A stretch of DNA of 63,768 nt, counting the filler, from Chiloscyllium plagiosum (taxonomy: Eukaryota), in NCBI RefSeq assembly GCF_004010195.1. It is 4 parts of one record of this genome, joined end to end, with 100 filler letters (N's around TTAATTAATTAA, not from the genome) between each part and the next. Parts side by side here need not be neighbours in the genome. Positions count along the whole stretch, not along the records: positions 26,522 to 57,391 come from NC_057714.1; positions 57,492 to 62,010 come from NC_057714.1; positions 62,111 to 63,768 come from NC_057714.1; 1 more part is not named here. One strand, given 5' to 3'. Below the pieces are notes generated by a model. The model was not told the DNA's origin, did no database searches, and saw only the letters and a program-made list of their open reading frames with translations. A program made the translations under genes and the position numbers. Shown here piece by piece: positions 54,876-63,768 of the stretch (its first letter is position 1; each line of letters opens with the position of its first letter).

Positions 54876-57391
54876 AACTGACACAGCAGTAAACCTGCAC
54901 AGTTACTACCTTTAACGTTTGAATTCATGTATCGTTGGACAGCGGAGTGCATCTGGGAAAATTAACAAACAGTGAAATTCACAACTGATGTTGGAGGAAC
55001 TGTTTGGGTGAAGTTCACAGCACAGAGTCAGATAAATGTATTGTCTTTAAGTGGGACCTACAGATAGTCTGCAATAGTGAGTAGAGTGGGTTATTTCTTG
55101 ATTATATGCTTTTTGAGATATGTCTCTTGATTAAACTTAAAATATAAGCAATAACTATTAATTAAACCTGGGGCAATGTTTTGAAGAGGAATAAGACGGT
55201 GTTATTTTCTGGGTCTGTAGATTGTGAAGGAGCAAAAATGGCACAAGGAGAGGGATATGCACTTCTTGTCAGATGTGGGAGTTCAAAGAGAGTTTAAGGG
55301 TTATTGCGGGTTATATCTGCAATAATTGTTGTTGGTTGCGAATTTTATCAGATCAAATAGATCAGTTGGAGAGACAGTTAGAAGCGATGAGGAATTTGTA
55401 ACAGCAACAGTATGTGATGGAAGGCAGTTATAGGAAGGGGGGGGAAGTCTCAGATACAGTCACATAGCTGGGTTAACTCCAGGAAGAGTAAGTGAGGTAG
55501 GCAGGTAGTGCAGGAGCCTTCTGTGGCTATCCCCATTTCAAACAGGTATGCTGTTTTGGAAAATGTAGGGGGTGATGGATTCTCAGGGGAACATAGCACG
55601 AACAGCCAAGTTTCTGGTATTGAGACTGGCTCTAATGCAATGAGGGGTTCCAAGAGATCAATTGTATGAGGGGACTCTCTAGTCTGAGGTATAGGCAGGC
55701 GTTTCTGCGGCCAGCAGCGAAAAATCAGAATGGTGTGTTGCTTTCCTAGTGCCAGGATCAAGGATGTCTCAGGGAGGGTGCAGAATGTATTCACAGGGGA
55801 GAGGGACCAGCAAGAGGTCGTTGTCTACATTGGAACCAACAACATAGGAAATGAAAAGGTTGAGATTCTGAAGGGAGATTACAGAGAGTTAGGCAGGAAT
55901 TTAAAAAGGAGGTCCTCAAGAGTAGTAATATCTGGATTACTCCCAGTGCTACGAGCTAGTGAGGGCAGGAATAGGAGACTGATACAGTTGAGAACAGAAG
56001 CGAGTCAAACAGTCAGGACAGGCAGGGACAAGGTAGAACTAAAAAATTAAACTGCATTTATTTCAATGCAAGGGGCCTAACAGGGAAGGCAGATGAACTC
56101 AGGGCATGGTTAGGAACATGGGACTGGGATATCATAGCAATTACAGAAACATGGCTCAGGGATGGACAAGACTGGCAGCTTAATTTCCAAGATACAAATG
56201 CTACAGGAAGAATAGAAAAATAGGCAAGGGAGGAGGGGAAATGATGTTTTTGATAAGGGATAGAACTACAGCTGTGCTGAGGGAGGATACTCCTGGAAAT
56301 ATATCCAGGGAAGTTGTTTGGGTGGAACTGAGAAATAAGAAAGGGATGATAACCTTATTGGGATTGTACTATAGACTCCCGAATAGTCAGAGGGAAATTG
56401 AGAAACAAACTTGGAAGGAGATCTCAGCTATCTGTAAGAATAATAGGGTGGTTATGGTAGGGAATTTTAACTTTCTGAACATAGACTGGGACTGCCATAG
56501 TGTTAAGGGTTTAGATGGAGAGGAATTTATTAAGTGTCTGATTCAGTATGTGGATGCACCCACTAGAGAAGGTGCAAAATTTCATCTACTCTTGGGAAAT
56601 AAGGCAGGGCGGGTGACTGAGGTGTCAGTGGGGGAGCACTTTGGGGCCACGAACATCATTCTATTAGATTTAAAATAATTATGGAAAAGGATAGACCAGA
56701 CTAAAAGTTGAAATTCTAAATTGGAGAAAGGCCAATTTTGATGGTATTAGGCAAGAACTTTCGAAAGCTGATTGGAGGCAGATGTTCGCAAGTAAAGGGA
56801 TGGGTTGAAAATGGGAAGCCTTCAGAAATGAAATAACAAGAATCCAGAGAAAGTATACTCCTATCAGGGTGAAAGGGAAGGCTGGTGGGTATAGGGAATG
56901 CTGGATAACTCAAGAAATTGAGGGTTTGGTTCAGAAAAAGAAGGAAGCATATGTAAGGTATAGACAGGATAGATTGAGTGAATCCTTAGAAGAGTATAAA
57001 GGATATAGGAGTATATTTAAGAGGGAAATCAGGAGGGCAAAAAGGGGACATGAGATAGCTTTGGCAAATATAGTTAAGGAGAATCCAAAGAGTTTTTACA
57101 AATACATGAAGGACAAAAGGATAGCTAGGGAGAAAATAGGGCCCCTCAAAGATCAGCAAGGTGGCCATTGTGTGGAGCCGCAGAAAATGGAGGAGATACT
57201 AAATGAATATTTTGCATCAGTATTTACTGTGGAAAAGGATATGGAAGATATAGACTGTAGCGAAATAGATGGTGACACCTTGCAAAATGTCCATATTACA
57301 GAGGAGGAAGTGCTGGATGTCTTGAAACACATAAAAGTGGATAAATCCCCAAGACCTGATCAGGTGTACCCGAGAACTCTGTGGGAAGCTA
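54760..57391 (+). mobile_element. CR1/HER1 LINE 5' half: 5'UTR with (GA)n, ORF1, ORF2 APE endonuclease and linker; frameshifted, cut by gap
   Basis: ORF1 from about 55238 (CTSCQMWE; CFPSARIKDVSGRVQNV...ISGLLPV). ORF2 from about 56050 (CIYFNARGLTGKADELRAWL...AITETWL, LGLYYRLPNS, VMVGNFN, VKENPKSFYKY, KVDKSPRPDQVYPRTLWEA). Confidence 0.95.
54828..54871 (+). repeat. (GA)n microsatellite
   Basis: About 22 perfect GA units. Confidence 0.97.
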
Positions 57392-57491
57392 NNNNNNNNN
57401 NNNNNNNNNNNNNNNNNNNNNNNNNNNNNNNNNNNTTAATTAATTAANNNNNNNNNNNNNNNNNNNNNNNNNNNNNNNNNNNNNNNNNNNN
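57392..57491. other. Assembly gap, 100 bp with TTAATTAATTAA linker
   Basis: N-run with spacer. Confidence 0.98.
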
Positions 57492-57858
57492 GAGATGCCG
57501 GTATTGGACTGGGGTGTACAAAGTTAAAAATCACACAACACCAGGTTATAGTCCAACAGGTTTAATTGGAAGCACACTAGTTTTCGGATCGACGCTCCTT
57601 CATCAGGTGATTGTGGGGGGCTCGATCGTAACACAGAATTTATAGAAAAAATTTGGAGTGTGATGTAACTGAAATTATACATTGAAGGACCTGTATAATT
57701 TCAGTTACATCACACTGCAAATTTTTGCTATAAATTCTGTGTTACGATCGAGCCCTCCACAATCACCTGATGAAGGAGCGTCGCTCCGAAAGCTAGTGTG
57801 CTTCCAATTAAACCTGTTGGATTGTTGGACTATAACCTGGTGTTGTGTGATTTTTAAC
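57492..57858. mobile_element. Family A foldback element, longer arms (about 165 bp)
   Basis: Arms 57523-57680 vs 57692-57858; hammerhead core CTGATGA-ggagcg-t-cgctcc-GAAAGCTA at 57767-57795. Confidence 0.88.
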
Positions 57859-57873
57859 ATTATTAATAATAAG

Positions 57874-59342
57874 TCATGATTTGGAGATGAGGTATACAAA
57901 GTCAAAAATCCAACAGGTTTATTTGGAAGCACTAGCTTTCAGAGCACCTCTTCTTCATCAGCTGGTTGTGTAGTATAAGATCGTAGGACACAAAATTTAT
58001 CGCAAAAGGTTACCTCTCAAAGTTTGTGAGAGGTTACAGTGTGATGTAACTGAAATTATATATTGAAAAATACCTTGATTGTTTGTTAAGTCTTTCATCT
58101 TTTAGAATGATGATGTTGTTTTCAGGTCTTTCATATGTAAATCCCAGAACTTTTTTAAAGTTACATTCTAAGCGAACTTTAATTGGTGTCATGTCAGCCC
58201 AGATAATACATTTAAAGGTGTGAGACTGTCTGTGCCACAATGTTCAGACTGTGATTCTAATCTAAAAAAACAGATTTACAGAATCTTACATGGATTCATG
58301 CACTTTTTGAGCAAAGTAAAATGTAATTCTGAAAGGACAAATTCACCCCACGAACTTATATGTATGTGCGTGTGTGGGGGGGCAGGTTATGAGTGTCTGT
58401 GAGATAGTGTGTGTATGTGTGTGAGTGTAAAGGAGTATAAGTCTATGACTGTGTGTGCATGAGAGTGTGGGAGTGAGTGAGTGTATGAGAGAGTCTGTAG
58501 CAGTGTCGAAATGTCGGTAGGAGTGTCGTAATGTCTGTGACTGTGCGTCTGATACAGAGGGGTCATCTGTACTGTGACATGAACCCAAGGTCCCAGTTGA
58601 GGCAATCCCCATGGGTACCGAACTTGACTATCAGCTTCTGGTCAGCCACTTTGCGTTGTTGCCTGTCCTGAAGCCCGCCTTGGAGATGGTCACCCAAAGG
58701 TCTGGGTTGAATGTCCCATACCGCTGAAGAGTTCTCTGACTGGGAGGGACTCTGTTGATTGTTGTGCGGTGTCCATTCATCCTTTGCCGTAGTGTCTGCT
58801 CGGTCTTGCCAATGTATCATGCCTCAGGGCATCCTTACCTGCAGTGTATGAGATAGACAATGTTGGCTGAGTCACATAAGTACCTGCCACATACACTGTG
58901 GGAGGTCTCATAGACTTATACCCCTTTACACTCGCACAACCCCCCACCCACTCAATTTTGTGGGGTAAATTTGTACTTGCAGAATTAAATTTTATTTTGC
59001 TCAAAATCTGCATGAATCCATATAAGATTCTGTAAATCTATTTTTTAGATTAGAATCAGTCTGAACATTGTGGCACAAGACAGTCTCACACAGGGCACCT
59101 CACACCTTCAATGCATTATCTGAGTCGACATGACACCAATTGTTAAAGTTCGCTTGAGAATGTAACTTTAAAAAGTTCTGCGATTTATATATGAAAGAAC
59201 TGAAACCAACATGCTCAGTTTAAAAGATGAGAGACTTAACAAACAATCCAAGCCTTTTTCAACATATAATTTCTGTTACATCACACTGTAAACTTTAGCT
59301 ATAAATTCTGTGTCTTACGATCTTATGCAGCACAACCACCTG
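57874..59342 (-). mobile_element. Penelope-like element (family A parent): GIY-YIG endonuclease remnant between ~390-bp inverted repeats
   Basis: Minus strand 58900-58563: GRYLCDSANIVYLIHCR*GCPEA*YIGKTEQTLRQRMNGHR...LQGGLQDRQQRKVADQKLIVKFGTHGDCLNWDLGFMSQY. Inverted repeats about 57955-58352 / 58956-59344; exact TSD attaataataag (57862-57873, 59343-59354). Confidence 0.9.
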
Positions 59343-59667
59343 ATTAATAATAAGGATATGCACCCAGTCATCTAGAAAATGATTTGCAACATAACCATTT
59401 TGGTTGGATTAGACAGATTGACAGCTTCAAAATTACAGCAGCAGATGTTAGACTAAAGGTTGGTGGATCAAGTGTTTTAAAACGTTGTTGTAAATTACTT
59501 AATGGAAGAGTTTCTTTCTGCACTGAAAGAGAAGAAAGTGGGTTGGAATTGAGTAAGTGGGAAATAAATTGTGAAGAACACAGAAATGATGGGAATCCAA
59601 ATGTCTGTGTTGCCATTGAAGGGGGTCACAAGGCCAGGTGAGAATCTAAGTACGATGAGCTGAAGGT

Positions 59668-60065
59668 TGTTGGACTTTGGCTCAATCTACCAATTTAAAA
59701 TTACTTTCTCCTATGTGTGAGCCAAGTCCTGCGTGTTCTTTTAAATGAAGCAATAGGAGAAGATATTCGGTCTCACACTCTTAATTTATTTTACACAGTA
59801 AGTGAACAAAGCATTCAGAGCTCTGGGTCTAAACCTCTTTGTCCCTGACAAACTACAAAAGTGTGCCAGTTCAAAAAGAAAGACCTCGTTTTGTCCCTGC
59901 CCCAGTCTTTTATACCATAAAAAACGTCATACATACAATAAAAAACGTCATATAAACACTAAGGTAGAATTATCTTCTGATTGGGTGTTAATCTGACTCC
60001 TTTCCCCACCTTCTTACATTCCTAGCTGTCCGACCCCACGTGACCTACTTTTGCCCGCGAAATGG
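59668..60065 (-). promoter_or_regulatory. Probable 3' LTR of the ERV (part of U3, R and U5)
   Basis: On the minus strand, in order: E-box CACGTG (60037-60042), CCAAT (59980-59984), two TGACGT (59945-59950, 59924-59929), TATAAAA (59908-59914), AATAAA (59785-59790) and a candidate terminal ...AACA at 59668. Same orientation as env and just downstream of it; end position uncertain. Confidence 0.6.
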
Positions 60066-60604
60066 NNNNNNNNNNNNNNNNNNNNNNNNNNNNNNNNNNN
60101 NNNNNNNNNNNNNNNNNNNNNNNNNNNNNNNNNNNNNNNNNNNNNNNNNNNNNNNNNNNNNNNNNNNNNNNNNNNNNNNNNNNNNNNNNNNNNNNNNNNN
60201 NNNNNNNNNNNNNNNNNNNNNNNNNNNNNNNNNNNNNNNNNNNNNNNNNNNNNNNNNNNNNNNNNNNNNNNNNNNNNNNNNNNNNNNNNNNNNNNNNNNN
60301 NNNNNNNNNNNNNNNNNNNNNNNNNNNNNNNNNNNNNNNNNNNNNNNNNNNNNNNNNNNNNNNNNNNNNNNNNNNNNNNNNNNNNNNNNNNNNNNNNNNN
60401 NNNNNNNNNNNNNNNNNNNNNNNNNNNNNNNNNNNNNNNNNNNNNNNNNNNNNNNNNNNNNNNNNNNNNNNNNNNNNNNNNNNNNNNNNNNNNNNNNNNN
60501 NNNNNNNNNNNNNNNNNNNNNNNNNNNNNNNNNNNNNNNNNNNNNNNNNNNNNNNNNNNNNNNNNNNNNNNNNNNNNNNNNNNNNNNNNNNNNNNNNNNN
60601 NNNN
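60066..60604. other. Assembly gap (sized N-run)
   Basis: 539 Ns. Confidence 0.98.
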
Positions 60605-62010
60605 CATAGAGCACACTCCCCCCTTTTCTGCAAGCAACATATCTAAGGCCATTCTATTTTGAACTGTCATCAATGAGGTTGCTGCCAATTGTTCAGAAAG
60701 TCCCGCCACCGCGTCTCTAGTTCTATTGGCTAGCCTAAGTACATTGTAATGTACATAATTAATTCGGTCAAAGTTTTTATTCGGCGTAACTGGGAATAAA
60801 ACACTGATAATTGGGAAGTTCTCAAACCCTGCTGCTATCTGGTCTGCCAATTTATATTCATCAGGTGCACCACGGGGAACACCTATTGCATCTATGTAAG
60901 TGGTTGAGCCAGATGTGACATCAAACAAATCCCTACGAATTCGTGTATACCGATTTATTCCCTGTTGTCGTTCTCCCAAAAGGAATAAGGGTACCCCTAA
61001 CCTAACCATTGCACAGGTTCCAGACCAATCTGGAGGTAGATTAATATGCAGTGTTCTATCTCCACAGTACCAAAAAAGATCAGCTCTGGCCCAAACCATT
61101 CTGCTAGCGTTCTGCCAGCCAGTTACATTAATTGTGTCCTGACACCAGTCAGTGGGCATGTCTCCCAAGACAATATCTGACTTTCGAGCAAAACACGTGT
61201 AATTGTTGGCCCTTGGTGTAAACACTGGAGGCAACATAGAATTCTTTACAGGTGGGAAAATAGCACTTAATGTGGTACAATTTGGAGGGTCCGCCTGCAT
61301 AGTGAGGGCCATCATACAGTGAAATCCTGTTGGGTCTATATTAGGGAACAATGGGGCTGGGGTAGTAAATAGGGTTGGCCTTGCCGAAGAACACGCGACG
61401 CAATTACTCATATTCATTGAGGTTGCGGTCGCTGTCATCCAGTCCAGCCATAAGTTCTTGTTCCCATACCCGGTAGCTAATTTAATAATCTCCCTGCTCG
61501 TAAGGTTGTTGTGGTCTATTACCACAACCCCTGAACTTGGTTCTACCTCCATACTTGTGCCTTCAGTTTGTGGCTGGCTCGTAGGAGGGTCCACTAAGGT
61601 TACCTTTGATAATCCCATGTTATCCACTCCAGATTGATCTACACCTATTACAAAATAAAAGCTTCTGTCATCACTCTCACAGTACATCTGTACCTCTTTT
61701 GGACTCGGATTAATATCAAATTTTGTCAGGGTTAACAAAAGTGGATTTTTTAACTCTGAAGCATGATCAAGTTGCCCCTTTGTCAGGCTCACATGGTCTC
61801 GAATGTTCCATCTATCATCCGAAGGTGACGACCTCCTGGGGGTCCATCGTACCCCAGTCCATGTTACTACATTATCCCACGACGGGCATGGGTCATCGTA
61901 AATGGCATAGAAACACAGGTATACATCATACTCCCTCCAGCTCCCTATATCTTTGCCACAATCAATTACTTCGCATAAATCAAACTGATATGTTGTACCA
62001 TGATTTCTAT
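60605..62010 (-). CDS. env: Endogenous retrovirus envelope glycoprotein (gamma-type, HERV-I/fish-ERV-like), partial, both ends in gaps
   Basis: Open for 468 codons from 62008 to 60605; the frame extends 5' of the listed GTG start as RNHGTTYQFDLCEVIDCG...YDVYLC...CPSWDNV. Motifs: GYGNKNLWLDW, CXXC (CVAC), WYCG...LPPDWSGTC, furin site RIRR, YIDAIGVPRGAPDEYK...QIAAGFE and ISD QNRMALDMLLAEKGGVC. Confidence 0.95.
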
Positions 62011-62110
62011 NNNNNNNNNNNNNNNNNNNNNNNNNNNNNNNNNNNNNNNNNNNNTTAATTAATTAANNNNNNNNNNNNNNNNNNNNNNNNNNNNNNNNNN
62101 NNNNNNNNNN
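62011..62110. other. Assembly gap, 100 bp with TTAATTAATTAA linker
   Basis: N-run with spacer. Confidence 0.98.
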
Positions 62111-62689
62111 GGCTGTACAGGACATTGGTTAGGCCACTGTTGGAATATTGCGTGCAATTCTGGTCTCCTTCCTATTGGAAAGATGTTGTGAAACTTGAAA
62201 GGGTTCAGAAAAGATTTACAAGGATATTGCCAGGGTTGGAGGATTTGAGTTGTAGGGAGAAGCTGAACAGGCTGGGGCTGTTTTCCCTGGAGCGTCGGAG
62301 GCTAAGGGGTGATCTTATAGAGGTTTACAAAATTATGAGGGGCATGAGTAGGGTAAATAAGCAAAGTTTTTTCCCTGGGGTCAGGGAGTCCAGAACTTGA
62401 GGGCATAGGTTTAGGGTGAGAGGGGAAAGATATAAAAGAGATCTAAGAGGCAACGTTTTCACGCAGAGGGTGGTACGTGTATGGAATGAGCTGCCAGAGG
62501 AAGTGGTGGAGGCTGGTACAATTGCAACATTTAAAAGGCATTTGGATGGGTATATGATTAGGAAGGGTTTGGAGGGATATGGGCCGGGTACTGTCAGGTG
62601 GGACTAGATTGGGTTGGGATATCTGGTCGGCATGGACAGGTTGGACGAAAGGGTCTGTTTCCATGCTATACATCTCTATGACTCTATGA
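62111..62689 (+). mobile_element. Young CR1 3' end
   Basis: LYRTLVRPLLEYCVQFWSP...LERVQKRFTR...RRRLRGDLIEVYKIM..., then FTQRVVRVWNELP and a ctctatgactctatga tail. Confidence 0.95.
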
Positions 62690-63198
62690 TCTTTTCCAAG
62701 CTAATGTAACCTGAATTCCCTCTGCAGATATTCACATGCACATTTTATCTGAACCTATTACTTACTACTTCATCTTTTCCTGTTGGGCCCTTATCACATG
62801 CCTTGTTATTCAGTCATGTCACTCTAGTTTTTTCTATTTCAGATACTTTTATCCCACTCATAACGAAGGTCTCTTCAGCTGTAAGAATACTAGCTTTTAC
62901 GAGTGATATAGTCTTAGCAAGTGAAATATCCTCATCAGTGATTGCTAATCTTGCCAACTACCTTTCTGAATCATTTGTTCCACAATCTTGTGGACTATGT
63001 AGTGGAATCAAAAATCGCTGTCCATCTTTGCATTCACTTGTGAATTAAGTCATTGCAAATGAAACTCCATTACTTCGGAAGAGAGGGAAGGAAAAAGGAA
63101 GTATTTACACGCTGACCAATTTAACAAGAGTTGTGGAGGACAAATGCAAATTGATTAGAGTAAACAGGAACTGATTAAAGAGAGTGTATATGGATCTG

Positions 63199-63404
63199 GG
63201 GTAAAAGATCACAACTCCAGGTCATAGTCCAACAGGTTTATTTGAAAGCATGAGCTTTCAGAGTGTTGCTTCTTCATCAGGTGGTTCATCAGAAATAGCA
63301 GCATTCCGAAAGCTCGTGCTTTGAAATAAACCTGTTGGACTATAAGCAGGCATTGTGATTTTTAACTTTGAAAACCTCAGTCCTACACCGGCACCTCCAA
63401 ATCA
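63199..63404. mobile_element. Family A foldback Penelope-like element
   Basis: Palindromic arms; TSD tatatggatctg (63187-63198) / tatatggacctg (63405-63416). Confidence 0.85.
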
Positions 63405-63552
63405 TATATGGACCTGTGAAGAGTAGATCATGTCTGACTAGTTAGATATTTTAAGATCCCTGGGAAACTGAATAGAGCAGTATCAATCAGGAAGCTATGC
63501 ATGTGGACTTTCCAATGGTGTTTGATAATATCACATCTCCCCAGCATGTCAG

Positions 63553-63768
63553 CTATAGACAGGATAGATCGAGTGAATCCTTAGAAGAGTATAAAGAAAG
63601 TAGGAGTATACTTAAGAGGGAAATCAGGAGGGCAAAACATGACATAGCTTTGGCAAATAGAATTAAGGAGAATCCAAAGGGTTTTTACAAATATATTAAG
63701 GACAAAAGGGTAACTAGAGAGAGAATAGGGCCCCTCAAAGATCAGCAAGGCGGCCTTTGTGTGGAGCC
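63553..63768 (+). mobile_element. 5'-truncated CR1 ORF2 fragment, runs off window end
   Basis: Highly similar to about 56958-57180 (IKENPKGFYKYIKDKR...GPLKDQQGG). Confidence 0.9.

Noticed and set aside
60014..60662. Long ORFs through the N-run, including the apparent env C-terminus HFAGKSRSRGVGQLGM
   Set aside because: Artefacts of translating Ns; the frame across the gap is unknown and that tail lies in the LTR-like segment.

Overview
Repeat-rich, AT-rich vertebrate genomic DNA, almost certainly a cartilaginous fish. This is inferred from HE1-type tRNA-derived SINEs and HER1/CR1-type LINEs; the species cannot be fixed from sequence alone. The scaffold is a draft with four gaps. Most of the window is decayed mobile DNA: CR1 LINEs (one near-full 5' half), HE1 SINEs, Rex1/Babar-like LINEs, a degenerate Gypsy pol and two Tc1/pogo-type MITEs. 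It also holds three families of Penelope-like elements with minimal hammerhead-ribozyme cores, foldback structure and 10-16 bp target-site duplications (TSDs). The standout feature is a retroviral env gene on the minus strand (60605-62010). It is open for all 468 visible codons between two gaps, has CXXC, furin, HERV-I-type TM and immunosuppressive-domain (ISD) motifs, and is followed by an LTR-like segment. No intact host gene is recognisable. A set of minus-strand exon-like segments, most with in-frame stops, may be an unidentified decayed gene (low confidence).
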